A stretch of DNA of 64,000 nucleotides. It comes from Lysobacterales bacterium (lineage in GTDB: Bacteria; Pseudomonadota; Gammaproteobacteria; Xanthomonadales; SZUA-38). A program made the translations under genes and the position numbers. Numbering within the stretch: position 1 is the stretch's first letter; each line of letters begins with the position of its first letter. Below, piece after piece: positions 28,704 to 38,478 of this stretch. The stretch is from the NCBI GenBank assembly GCA_028285525.1, contig JANQOZ010000044.1:6920-70919 (forward strand). Direction: 5' to 3'. A model generated the notes under the pieces. That model had not been told where the DNA came from. It did not search any database and saw only the letters and a program-made list of their open reading frames with translations.

Positions 28704-30421
28704 CGCTGCACCACGCTTTGGGGCGACGTAATGATGTAGTAAATCGTCTCAGCGACGCGCCGGTCTGCTTCCTGCGGCCGGATGTCGCTGATCCGGTCGA
28801 TGATCAATTGCCGTGCGGTGGGATTGAGCGTACCAAACAGCAGGTCGCGATCTACTCGTTCGACCAGGGCCGATGGATTTCCGGCCAGTGCCAGAAGCTC
28901 GCCGAGCTGTAGCTCATGTTGGGTCTGCCAGGGAACGGGAGCACCCCAGCCCAGGGTGTCGAAAAAGAAATTCGCGAGCTGCACCACCTGCGTTTCGGTA
29001 CTGATCTGAAACTCGGGCGACACCAGCCTCTGATTCTCAATGGCGCCCGGCTGCGCAAAATCCGGCCTGAAGAAGTTGAATACCGACGGCGAGCGCAATG
29101 CAGCCTGTCCGTAGTACCACTGTGGCTGGTAGATTGCCCCGGGCCAGCAGCAGTCTGGGTTGTTAGCAAACTCCTGGCTGATACGGGCGCTGTAGACCCG
29201 GTTGAGCTGGAGCTGGAAAAACAGCGGCTCGCGGAGCTTGCCAAAGGTCGGGTTGTTGGCTGGACCCGCAAGGGCCTCGCCGTCCATGACAATCGCCTTG
29301 AACACGGCGCCCAGGTCACCGCGCACGCCGGAACCGTTGTTGTTGAAAACCGAAGCAACGCGGGCTACGTACGCGGGACTCGGATTGCTGGTCACCAGGC
29401 GCTGAATTAGACGATAGGCCAGGAACGGGCCGACGTTCGGGTGACTGAACAGCGTGTTCAGGGCCATCTGCATGTCCTGCTCCGCTGTCTGGCCCGCGGG
29501 CAGCACCACGTCGCCGACGATCGTTTTAGCGCTGGTGACGTGATAGTTGTCTGGCTGATTCTGGTTGGGGTTCGTCACCAGGCAGGGCGCCATCGGCTGA
29601 AGCCAGTTCGGCTCGGGCCAGCGCCACTCCCAGGGTTCGCAGTCGCCGTCCCCCTGGTCAGCGCCGGCGAAGGTCCAGCCCGTAAATGCTTCGGCCAGGG
29701 CAACGATATGGCGTTGCTCGTAAGTGGGAATCGGATTGCCGCCACTGAGTCTGGGGGTACCGTCGATATTGAGCTCAACCAGCCCGATCGAGAACAGCTG
29801 CATGATCTCGCGAGCATAGTTTTCATCTGGCTCGATGCCGGTTACCGTGTCCCGGGTGCTGCCAAACATGCTTAGGTAATGTCCCATGACGGGAGTGAGC
29901 GTGACCGACTCCAGCAGGTCGCGATAGTTGCCGAAAGCGTGTTCGACGAGCAGGTCGTAATATTGGGTGACGGCCATCGGCTGGCCCTCGAGATCGCCGT
30001 TCAGGTCCGAGACCACTAGGATTTGCGACAGCGCAAAGGCCGCCCGCTGGCGGAACTGGTCGTGCGCGTCCTGCGCCACGTTAAACCAGACTCGCTGCCG
30101 CTCACCCTGACCGATTTCGACGCCGAAGTCGTCGAGCTGGGGCAGGTGATACGTCGGGGGCATGGCCTGCTGCTGATCGACCCACCCTTCAAAGCCAAGT
30201 TCCTCCACGGCGTCGATGTCAGCCTGAGTGGGACCGTAGGTGACGCGCCAGAGAAACGCGCCGGCCTCAGCACGACCGTCCGGTGCAGGGGGTTCAAAGC
30301 CGGTCCGGAAAATCAGGTCGCCACCGGACTGGGCTGCCGCGGACTGGACCAGAACAACCGCGATGAGCAGCCATCGGTTCATGGATAATCCCCTTCGTTG
30401 AAACGCCGCCAATGATCCCAC
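28700..30421 (-). CDS. DUF1800-domain protein
   Basis: 573 aa. Contains LFSHPNVGPFLAYRLIQRLVTSNPSPAYVARVA. It overlaps the DUF1501 start by 4 nt, the usual DUF1800/DUF1501 pairing. Confidence 0.85.
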   Translation of the reverse strand: MGSLAAFQRRGLSMNRWLLIAVVLVQSAAAQSGGDLIFRTGFEPPAPDGRAEAGAFLWRVTYGPTQADIDAVEELGFEGWVDQQQAMPPTYHLPQLDDFGVEIGQGERQRVWFNVAQDAHDQFRQRAAFALSQILVVSDLNGDLEGQPMAVTQYYDLLVEHAFGNYRDLLESVTLTPVMGHYLSMFGSTRDTVTGIEPDENYAREIMQLFSIGLVELNIDGTPRLSGGNPIPTYEQRHIVALAEAFTGWTFAGADQGDGDCEPWEWRWPEPNWLQPMAPCLVTNPNQNQPDNYHVTSAKTIVGDVVLPAGQTAEQDMQMALNTLFSHPNVGPFLAYRLIQRLVTSNPSPAYVARVASVFNNNGSGVRGDLGAVFKAIVMDGEALAGPANNPTFGKLREPLFFQLQLNRVYSARISQEFANNPDCCWPGAIYQPQWYYGQAALRSPSVFNFFRPDFAQPGAIENQRLVSPEFQISTETQVVQLANFFFDTLGWGAPVPWQTQHELQLGELLALAGNPSALVERVDRDLLFGTLNPTARQLIIDRISDIRPQEADRRVAETIYYIITSPQSVVQR

Positions 30422-31317
30422 GATGGTGCCAGGCGACTGTGCTATCGTTCGCCCAATTGAACCATCTGTCGGCGTCGAAAAGTGTGACCTGCAACATAGA
30501 ATACCGTCCGTTTATCGCCTCGTTCAGCCTTCTGGCGGTTAGTGCCGTCCTGTTGCTTCCGTGGTTCGCTGAAACGGCTGCAGCCGGCGAAAAAGGGACG
30601 CCCTCAACCACTGTCGTGCTGGAGCCTGCCGCTGACAGCTCAATCTTTTCGGAAGGCGTGCTGAGCAACGGTGGTGGTGTGTATCTTTTTACGGGTCTGA
30701 CGGTTGTTGGCACCGAGCGTCGCGCGCTCCTGGCCTACGATCTGTCGGCGATACCGTCCGGCTCAACCGTTCAGTCTGTGTCCCTGGATGTGACCGTATC
30801 GCGCACGATCTCCCAAACGATTACCGTCCGCATGCACCGGCTCCTTGCTTCCTGGGGGGAAGGCACGGTCGACGCCGACGGTCAGGAAGGAACCGGTGCT
30901 CCAGCTGAGGCGGGCGACGCCACATGGCTTCAGCGCCGGCTTGGCGGCGATGCCTGGATCAATCCCGGCGGCGATTTTGTGCCCACCGAGTCCGCGCGAA
31001 CCGGGCTGCGCGTGAACGGGACCTATACCTACAGCAGTGGGACCCTGGCTGAGGACGTACAGCTCTGGCTCGACGATCCGTCGCAGAATCACGGATGGAT
31101 CCTGATCGCGAACGCGGCGGCGGGTTTCGGTTCAGCCAAGCGGCTGAACAGCCGCGAGAATGCTGACGCCGCGACAAGGCCACTGCTGACCGTGACCTTC
31201 TCCGGTCCTGTCGCGGCGCCCGCACCGCCGCAGCAGGTTCCGGTCGCGGGAGGCGCGTGGTTGCTGATTCTCGGGCTCGCGCTGCTGCTGCTGGGGAGAC
31301 CGTTTGTTCGCCGCTGA
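30412..31317 (+). CDS. DNRLRE-like domain secreted protein with C-terminal sorting-tag-like tail (start uncertain, GTG 30484 plausible)
   Basis: Signal-like segment FIASFSLLAVSAVLLLPWFAETAAA. The core reads RALLAYDLSAIPSGSTVQSVSLDVTV...LLASWGEGTVDADGQEGTGAPAEAGDATW. The tail is QQVPVAGGAWLLILGLALLLLGRPFVRR. Confidence 0.65.
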   Translation: MIPRWCQATVLSFAQLNHLSASKSVTCNIEYRPFIASFSLLAVSAVLLLPWFAETAAAGEKGTPSTTVVLEPAADSSIFSEGVLSNGGGVYLFTGLTVVGTERRALLAYDLSAIPSGSTVQSVSLDVTVSRTISQTITVRMHRLLASWGEGTVDADGQEGTGAPAEAGDATWLQRRLGGDAWINPGGDFVPTESARTGLRVNGTYTYSSGTLAEDVQLWLDDPSQNHGWILIANAAAGFGSAKRLNSRENADAATRPLLTVTFSGPVAAPAPPQQVPVAGGAWLLILGLALLLLGRPFVRR

Positions 31318-34300
31318 GCTCCTGGTCGGCTGGGGCATCACGCTGGCAGGGCTTCAGCCCGGGCTGAGCGCAGCTGATGCCGAGTATCCGCTGCAGGTCA
31401 GCGCGGGCGCGCCCGCGATTGCCTCGGGCGTTTTTCGGCCACAGCTGTCCGACGACGGCCGCTACGTGCTGCTCACCACCGACTCCGACGAGCTCGATCC
31501 GGCTGACGGCAACGGCCAGCGTGATATCTACCGTCTGGATCGGCGCAGCGGCAGCAGCATACGAATCAGCGACAGCGCCGGGGTCCAGGGCAACCGGGGC
31601 GCGGCCCGCGCCGCCTTCTCGGCTGATGGAGCTACGGTGGCCTTCCACAGCAGCGCGGACAACCTGCTGCCGGCAGACGACAACGGTGTCACCGACGTGT
31701 TTGTGTGGCAGGCCGACCGAGGCCTGAACCAGACTCTGGAGCTCGTTTCCCGCGGCGCAGACGGGGGCCTGGCGAACGGCGGGAGTCTCAACGCTTCGGT
31801 CAGCGGTGACGGACGGTGGGTGGCCTTTTCGTCGACGGCCAGCAACCTCGTACCCGACGACAACAACGACGCGTCGGATATTTTTGTCCGTGATCGCCTG
31901 ACCGCGGAGACCCTCCGCGTATCGATTGCCAGCGACGGCGATGAGGGTGACCGGGGCAGCTTTCAGCCAACGATTTCGGACAACGGTCGGTTCATCGCGT
32001 TTACCAGCGAAGCCACCAATTTTTCAGACAACGAATTCGACGAGCTGCCGGACCTGTTTCTGCACGATCGCAGTACCGGCGAAACCACGCTGATCAACGT
32101 GTCCACCACCGGCGTGCGGTCCAACGCCGACAGCGCCAGCGCGGTCGTTTCGCCAGACGGCAGTGCGGTGGCATTTTACAGTCGAGCCACCACGCTGGAG
32201 CCTGGGCAGGAGAATATTTTCTTTGACGTTTTTGTGCGGGACCTGTTGCGGGTTGAAACCCAGCTGGTCAGCGCACCCGTTGACGGCGCGGCTGACGCCA
32301 ACAGCTTCAATCCTTCGCTGTCGAGTCGTGGTCAGCTTGTGGCGTTTCAGTCCGAGGCGCGCAACCTGACCGACCTGGACGGCAACACCTTCAGTGACAT
32401 CTATGTCATGGACCGTTTTGCCGGCTCAACGTTTATCGCCAGCCGGCGCGCGAGCGGCACCAGCGCCAACGCGGGGAGCTTCGGTGCAAACATCAGCGCG
32501 GACGGCACGCTGCTGGCTTTCGAGAGCGCCGCAACCGATCTGGACACGCTGAGCAGCGGCGCAACAGCCGGCTTTCTTGCCGCGGGTGACAGCGGTGGGG
32601 TGAGTCGGCTGGCGCTCGTGCCTCCAGCCGCAGCGCCTCTCAACGGTCCGTTGCTGGACGCCCGGCTGACCGGAGACGGCCGCTTCGTATTGCTGATCAG
32701 CACCGCAACGAATCTGGTGTCAGACGACCTCAACGGCGTCGCGGATGCTTTTGTGCTGGATCAGCAAACCGGTCGGGTTCGGCTGGTGTCCCGTTCGGTC
32801 GACGGCCAGTTTGTTGACGGCGGCGGGGCCACCACGGCCGGTGACGTCAGCGAAGACGGCTGTCGAACCGCCATTGCCAGCGACATCGACGGCGTCGTGC
32901 TCGGCATCAATCCATCCATCACCGACGCCAACGGGCTGAGCGACGTCATTTTGCGAGACGACTGCGCCGTCTCACCTCCGCGGCTGGCGTCGTTAGATGT
33001 TGCCGGAACGGCCTCCGGTTCTGCGCCGGCGCGCGAACCCGTGCTGTCCGCAGACGGCGAGTGGTTCGCTTTCACCTCTGCGGCGCCCGAGCTTCAGCGC
33101 TTGGCCGGCGCGCCGGGCGTCTCCCAGGTTTACTTTGGAGACTTCGCCGGCCAGGCGGACCTGCGTCAGCTCAGCGTGTCGGCGTCCGCCGGTGGGCAGT
33201 TTGCCAGCGGTCAGCCTCGGCTCGCGAGCGATGGATCGAGCGTCGTGTTTGTCAGTGCTGATCCGGCGCTCGATGCAGGTCTCGCGCCTGGCGAGCGGCC
33301 GTTGCCGGGCCAGGACCAGGTCTATCGCTATGACGTTGCGACAGACACGGTCAGGCTCCTTTCCCGCGCTGCGAACGGCGACGCGCCCGACGGCGCCAGT
33401 TTCAGTCCTCAGGTTTCCGCGGACGGCAGCGTCGTGCTGTTCGCCAGCCGGGCAACGAATCTGACGAGCGTCACGGGGAGTGGCGGCACCGGGCTGTTCG
33501 TTTGGCGGGCGGAAGAAGTTGGCAGTAACCGCATCGTCGAGGTACCGAACTCACTGAGTGCGACCGGCCTGACGCGGGACCCGCTGCTCAGTGATGACGG
33601 CAAGCTCGTGGTGTTTGCGAGCGAGGACGACACGCTCGCGACCGACGACAGCAACGGCGTCAGCGACGTGTTTGCGGTGGATCTGGACACCGGCAGCCTG
33701 TTTACGGTCAGCCGCGATTCGGCCGGCAACCTGCGGCCGAACGGCGGTCTGCGACCGGTGGGCGTGTCGCGCAACGGCGCGCAGTATGAGCTGGCGTACC
33801 TGACGCTGATCGACGGCGTGGAACAGATGGTGACCCAGCCGGTGGTTAGATCTCTGCCCGAGCTCGCTATCGACGCCTTCGCGAGGTCGCCACTGCAGTC
33901 TGTAGAGCGCGGATCTTTCCGACTGCAGGTGCGCAACCTGGGACCGATACCGGTGACCGCAGCGCAGGGTCTTAGCGTGACGCTGCCCCGGCTCGACCAT
34001 CCCCTGGTAGACCTGGCGGGCACACCGCGCTGGCAGTGTGAAAGCGGGCCGCCCGTAACCTGTCTGTTCGTCGGCGACGCGGTGGTGGGTGACAGCATTC
34101 CACCGGGTGCTGCGGAGATGCTGGCGTTCGAGTTCCAGATGTTTGCCGGGGACGAGACGCTGCTCAGCATTGCTTCGGCAGCCGTGGCGTCGGTGCCTGA
34201 GGTTGCTATCCCGGATGCCGAGCTGACGACGGTGCGCGTCGACAGCGGCGTTTTCTGGGAGCCTCAGGCGAGCCAGACGCTCAGGCTTGGCGAGCTCGGG

Positions 34301-34669
34301 GTGTCGCGCGTGTCGGTGATCAACGGCGGGCAGGTGCCCGTGACTGACGTTGAGATCGATATCTCGCCGCTGCGCTTTGGCGACCCCTATCACCTTTTCG
34401 ATCCGGATCCCGGTGCCCCCTGGGCCTGTCAGGCCCTCGATGATCCCGAGCTGCGGCCTCTGACCCTTCGCTGCCGCTACACCGGGCCGGCGCTGCAGCC
34501 GACGGCGGAGGTGTTTCTCGATAGCCCGCTGGTCTTGCCGTCCGGCGTCGGACAGCTCACGACCCTGATCGGTCTGGTGAGCAGTGCGGAGGTGGTTTCA
34601 CCGGCGCCGCTGCAGCTGATGATCACCGAAGCTGAGGGCTTCCTGTTTCGAGGATCATTCGAGGGCTGA
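31304..34669 (+). CDS. large PD40/TolB-like beta-propeller-repeat protein with two DUF11-like C-terminal domains
   Basis: 1121 aa with a TTG start. There are at least 11 repeats of the type SxDGxxVAFxSxAxNLvxxDxNxxxDvFvxD, for example SADGATVAFHSSADNLLPADDNGVTDVFVWQ and SGDGRWVAFSSTASNLVPDDNNDASDIFVRD. The C-terminus carries W.C...C modules. Confidence 0.75.
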   Translation: MFAAELLVGWGITLAGLQPGLSAADAEYPLQVSAGAPAIASGVFRPQLSDDGRYVLLTTDSDELDPADGNGQRDIYRLDRRSGSSIRISDSAGVQGNRGAARAAFSADGATVAFHSSADNLLPADDNGVTDVFVWQADRGLNQTLELVSRGADGGLANGGSLNASVSGDGRWVAFSSTASNLVPDDNNDASDIFVRDRLTAETLRVSIASDGDEGDRGSFQPTISDNGRFIAFTSEATNFSDNEFDELPDLFLHDRSTGETTLINVSTTGVRSNADSASAVVSPDGSAVAFYSRATTLEPGQENIFFDVFVRDLLRVETQLVSAPVDGAADANSFNPSLSSRGQLVAFQSEARNLTDLDGNTFSDIYVMDRFAGSTFIASRRASGTSANAGSFGANISADGTLLAFESAATDLDTLSSGATAGFLAAGDSGGVSRLALVPPAAAPLNGPLLDARLTGDGRFVLLISTATNLVSDDLNGVADAFVLDQQTGRVRLVSRSVDGQFVDGGGATTAGDVSEDGCRTAIASDIDGVVLGINPSITDANGLSDVILRDDCAVSPPRLASLDVAGTASGSAPAREPVLSADGEWFAFTSAAPELQRLAGAPGVSQVYFGDFAGQADLRQLSVSASAGGQFASGQPRLASDGSSVVFVSADPALDAGLAPGERPLPGQDQVYRYDVATDTVRLLSRAANGDAPDGASFSPQVSADGSVVLFASRATNLTSVTGSGGTGLFVWRAEEVGSNRIVEVPNSLSATGLTRDPLLSDDGKLVVFASEDDTLATDDSNGVSDVFAVDLDTGSLFTVSRDSAGNLRPNGGLRPVGVSRNGAQYELAYLTLIDGVEQMVTQPVVRSLPELAIDAFARSPLQSVERGSFRLQVRNLGPIPVTAAQGLSVTLPRLDHPLVDLAGTPRWQCESGPPVTCLFVGDAVVGDSIPPGAAEMLAFEFQMFAGDETLLSIASAAVASVPEVAIPDAELTTVRVDSGVFWEPQASQTLRLGELGVSRVSVINGGQVPVTDVEIDISPLRFGDPYHLFDPDPGAPWACQALDDPELRPLTLRCRYTGPALQPTAEVFLDSPLVLPSGVGQLTTLIGLVSSAEVVSPAPLQLMITEAEGFLFRGSFEG

Positions 34670-35341
34670 CCGAAGCCGTGTGGGATGGTCGGTAATCACG
34701 CTGTCACAGCCGAGCCGATCCAGTCGCTGCAGCTCGAATGTGCTGTTGACGGTCCAGGCGCTCACGTGAACAGGCAGGCGGCGCAGTGTACTCATAGAGA
34801 ATCGGTTCAGCAGGAGGTGGTGAACACAGGCCATCGAGCAGCCGAGTCTGGCGATCTGCGAAGGATCCTGAGAGCGGGTGACGACCAGGCCTCGCGGGAG
34901 CTCCGGCGCCGCTGCTCGAACCGCGGCGAGGAGCATCGGGTCGCTGGAGGTGGCGCAATAGCGCGAAAGCGGAGCGCCAATCTTCTGTAGCGTCCCAGCC
35001 AGTCGTTGGGCGATAGGTCGACGCTCCCGGGCCGGCGCAGGCTTCAGCTCCAGCTGCAGATGGGTGAGTTCCGGGCATGCCTCCAGCAGCTGCAGGAGGC
35101 TCGGTATCGAAAGAGGCTCGCTGCGCCTTGCGAGCGCTGCAGCCGACAGCGATCTCACCGGCCCGGGTATGCCGTGGGTGCGGTGTATCGAACGATCGTG
35201 GAGGACCACCAGCTCACCGTCGCTGCTCAATCGAAGGTCGATTTCCACCCGATACAGGCCAAGCCCGATCAGGTGCCGGACACCGGCCACGGAGTTCTCC
35301 GGGGCCTCCCCGGCGGCGCCGCGATGACCGTAGATCAGCAA
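34655..35341 (-). CDS. glycerophosphodiester phosphodiesterase
   Basis: The N-terminus MLIYGHRGAAGEAPENS is the GDPD motif. Confidence 0.88.
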   Translation of the reverse strand: MLIYGHRGAAGEAPENSVAGVRHLIGLGLYRVEIDLRLSSDGELVVLHDRSIHRTHGIPGPVRSLSAAALARRSEPLSIPSLLQLLEACPELTHLQLELKPAPARERRPIAQRLAGTLQKIGAPLSRYCATSSDPMLLAAVRAAAPELPRGLVVTRSQDPSQIARLGCSMACVHHLLLNRFSMSTLRRLPVHVSAWTVNSTFELQRLDRLGCDSVITDHPTRLRSALE

Positions 35342-35342
35342 G

Positions 35343-38300
35343 TCAGGTTTGAGTCAGCAGGGTGGGCTCACTTGCGGGCTCGGGTTCGGCAACGCCGTGT
35401 CCGCGCATAAACAGCCGATAGAGGGTCGGCACGACAAACAGCGTCAGCAGCGACGCAAAAGCGAGCCCCGCAACGATGCTCGTTGCCACCGGACCCCACA
35501 GCAGCGACTTGCCCCCAAGCCCAACCGCCAGCGAGAACAGGCCGGCGATGGTGGTGGTGGTGGTCATGATGATCGGAATCACCCGACGCTTGGCCGCGTA
35601 GACGGTGGCGTGCAGCGGCCTCATGCCGGCGCGAAGCCGGCTGTTGGCCGCGTCGATCAGGACAATGGCCCCGTTGACGGCGATACCGGTCAGCGCCACC
35701 ACGCCATACAGGGTGTAAAGGCTGAGGGGATTTCCGGTTAGGAACAGCCCGAGCACCACGCCGGTGAAGGCCATCGGCACGGTGACGATAATGAGCAGCG
35801 GCTGGAAGTAGCTCTTGAACTGCGTCGCGATGATAAGATAGATCAGCCCAAGTCCCAGCATAAAGAGCCCGGCCATCGCTCCGAGGCTCTCGTTCAGATC
35901 GTCCAGCTCGCCTGAGAACTCGAGATCGGTGTTGGGGTACTTTGCGGCCACCTTCGCCCATTCCGCCTTGAGCTCATCGTTAGCCTTGACCGTGTCGTTC
36001 AGCTCATCGTTGAGGTCAGCTGAGACGGTGATCGCCCGGCGAAGGTTGTAGTGAAAAATGGTGCTTCGCGTCGCGCGGACGGTGGGATCCACCAGCGCAC
36101 CGAGTGTGGTCGGTTCGCCGGCCGCACCCAGGATTGGGTCGCGCAGAATATCGTTGATGTCGTCGACGGACCCGCGCTCAGCGCGAACCCTCAGCTCAAC
36201 CTTTTCGCCGTCATCGCGGGCGAACGCGACGATATCGCCGTCGACATGCAGCCGGGCCAGGCTGGCCACTTCACCCGAACTCAAACCGGCCCTGGCGGCT
36301 GCGCCGTGGTCGATATTCAGCGTCATCTCCGGGCTGCCGGGCACGTCGTTGTCGCGCACGTCCTTGCTGCCCGGAATCGCGCGCACAATCGCCAGCACCT
36401 CGTCGGTAGCTGCGCGCAGCTCCTCGAAGTTATCACTGCGCACCTTGACGTTGATCGGCAGTCCCGAGGGCGGCCCGCCGGAGATTTCCAGATAGCTGAT
36501 GTCGGCGTTGCCGGCAATTCTTTCCAGCTCCGGGCGAAGCCGCTCGATCAGCTCCCGCGGCTGCTCGGGATGGGCTTCGGAAACGGGATTCAGCGAGACC
36601 TGCAGCTGGCCGTACTGGTCGCCGTAAACAATCTCCGTCTCTGTGAACTTGATGCCCGCCAATGCCGAAATCGCCCGAACCTGTTCGCGCTCGAGCAGCT
36701 CGTCGGTGCGCTCGGCGACAAGCGCGGTTTGCCGAAGCGTTTCCGGCACCGGCGTGCCTGCCGGCATGTCGACATTGACGTAGAACAGCCGGAACGGGTC
36801 AAAGGTGAAAAAGTCCATCTTGACCAGGCCGCCCGCCACGGCGACTGCGGCCAGCAGCATGCCCCCGGTGATGGCGCCAAGCCAGGGCGCGGGGCGTCGG
36901 ATTACGCGACACAGCGCCTTGGCGTAGAGCAGGCGAAGCTTGTGTGTCCAGCGGGCACGCCGGTCGCGCACCTTGCCCCCGCCGGCCGGCGGCGCGGCAA
37001 AATCGATCATGTGGGCGGGCAGGATCCAGAAGGCTTCGATGAGGGAGATCAGCAGGCCGACGGTCACCACAAACGGGATCACGAACATAAACTTTCCGAT
37101 GACCCCGGGCAGGAGCATGAGCGGCAGGAACGCGGCCATGGTCGTGGCGACCGCGGCGGTGACCGGCGCCATAACCTCCCGCAGGCCATCCTTGGCGGCG
37201 TCAAGCACGGCCATGCCGCGCTGGATGCGGTAGTAAATGGCCTCGACCACCACCACTGCGTCGTCGACGAGCATCCCGAGCACAATCACAATCCCCAGCA
37301 GTACAGACTGGTTGACCGTGTTGCCGCTGATCGAGACCACCCAGAGCGTTCCGCAGATCGCAAACACCAGTCCGAGGCTGACGAGTGCGGCGACTCGCAG
37401 ACCGAGAAAGACCCAGCACACCCCAAGGACCAGCAGCAGGCCGAGCAAGGCGTTGGTCTGCATCGTGCTGACCGCCAGCCGGGTGGGGATCGTCTGGTCA
37501 TCCGCCAGCAGGATCTCGGTGGGGCCGCCGGCCAGCAGCTCGTTGCGCTGGGCGATGTATGCGTTGATGCGGTCCACCAGCTCCAGCGTGTTGGCGCCGG
37601 AGGCTTTGGCCACCGAGAGAGTGATCGCGGGGCGGCCGTTGACGGATACAAGCTGCCGCGGCTCGCTGCGCGCGCGTTCGATGCGCGCCAGGTCGCCGGC
37701 TGCGCTGGGCGCCATCCCCGGTATGGGGGAGGCCAGCTGATAGCTCGCCAGGTCTTCGAGGTCTGCCGTAGCGCCCGGGATCCGCGCGATGTACCGGGAA
37801 GATCCAAGCTCGAAGCTTCCCGCGTTGACGTTGCGAAACGCCTGCCGGAAAAAATCGGAAAGCTGTGTCGCTCTAAAGCCTTTGACCGCCAGCGTCGCGG
37901 GGTCGAAACTCACGTGGATCTCGGGCTCATGAAGACCGAAGGCGGTGACCTGATCAACGCCGGAAAGCCGCTCGAGATCGGACTTCACCTGGTAGGCCTC
38001 GCGCCGCAGCACCTCGTCATCCGCTCGGCCCAGGATGGCCACCAGAGCCGTAGGGAAGCCGTTGGACGTGGTCAGCTCCAGCACCGTGGGGTCGATAATT
38101 TCCGGCGGCAGGTCCGAGTTGACGGCGTTCTGGACCGCTCGCCGGACGTCGTTGACCCGTTTGTCAAAGAGCCGGTCGGAGAGGTCCCGAAAGCGAACCA
38201 GGATGTTGGAGCTTCCCTCCCGCGAGCTGCTGCTGATCCACCGGATGTTCTGCACCGTTCGCAGCGAATCCTCCAGCGGACCGGTGATCAGCGTCTCGAC

Positions 38301-38474
38301 ATCCTCGGCGCTGGCGCCCGGGAAGGACGTGTTGATGTTGATCCAGTTGAAGTTCACCTCCGGATCCTGCTCCCGGGGCATCTGGAGGTAGGAGAGGATG
38401 CCCATGAGCACCACCACAACAAACAGAATGTTGACGAGCGGGTGGTTGGTCAGAAGGCGGGTGAAGAGCGACAT
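35343..38474 (-). CDS. RND efflux transporter permease (AcrB/HAE family)
   Basis: 1043 aa. The N-terminus HPLVNILFVVVVLMGILSYLQMPREQDPEV and the duplicated TM/periplasmic-loop architecture fit the family. Confidence 0.93.
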   Translation of the reverse strand: MSLFTRLLTNHPLVNILFVVVVLMGILSYLQMPREQDPEVNFNWININTSFPGASAEDVETLITGPLEDSLRTVQNIRWISSSSREGSSNILVRFRDLSDRLFDKRVNDVRRAVQNAVNSDLPPEIIDPTVLELTTSNGFPTALVAILGRADDEVLRREAYQVKSDLERLSGVDQVTAFGLHEPEIHVSFDPATLAVKGFRATQLSDFFRQAFRNVNAGSFELGSSRYIARIPGATADLEDLASYQLASPIPGMAPSAAGDLARIERARSEPRQLVSVNGRPAITLSVAKASGANTLELVDRINAYIAQRNELLAGGPTEILLADDQTIPTRLAVSTMQTNALLGLLLVLGVCWVFLGLRVAALVSLGLVFAICGTLWVVSISGNTVNQSVLLGIVIVLGMLVDDAVVVVEAIYYRIQRGMAVLDAAKDGLREVMAPVTAAVATTMAAFLPLMLLPGVIGKFMFVIPFVVTVGLLISLIEAFWILPAHMIDFAAPPAGGGKVRDRRARWTHKLRLLYAKALCRVIRRPAPWLGAITGGMLLAAVAVAGGLVKMDFFTFDPFRLFYVNVDMPAGTPVPETLRQTALVAERTDELLEREQVRAISALAGIKFTETEIVYGDQYGQLQVSLNPVSEAHPEQPRELIERLRPELERIAGNADISYLEISGGPPSGLPINVKVRSDNFEELRAATDEVLAIVRAIPGSKDVRDNDVPGSPEMTLNIDHGAAARAGLSSGEVASLARLHVDGDIVAFARDDGEKVELRVRAERGSVDDINDILRDPILGAAGEPTTLGALVDPTVRATRSTIFHYNLRRAITVSADLNDELNDTVKANDELKAEWAKVAAKYPNTDLEFSGELDDLNESLGAMAGLFMLGLGLIYLIIATQFKSYFQPLLIIVTVPMAFTGVVLGLFLTGNPLSLYTLYGVVALTGIAVNGAIVLIDAANSRLRAGMRPLHATVYAAKRRVIPIIMTTTTTIAGLFSLAVGLGGKSLLWGPVATSIVAGLAFASLLTLFVVPTLYRLFMRGHGVAEPEPASEPTLLTQT

Positions 38475-38478
38475 GGCT

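Noticed and set aside
31304-31317. Possibility that the DNRLRE-like ORF and the PD40-repeat ORF are one gene split by a frameshift
   Set aside because: The first ORF ends with a complete hydrophobic-plus-basic C-terminal tail typical of a genuine protein terminus. The 14-nt overlap is compatible with translational coupling.
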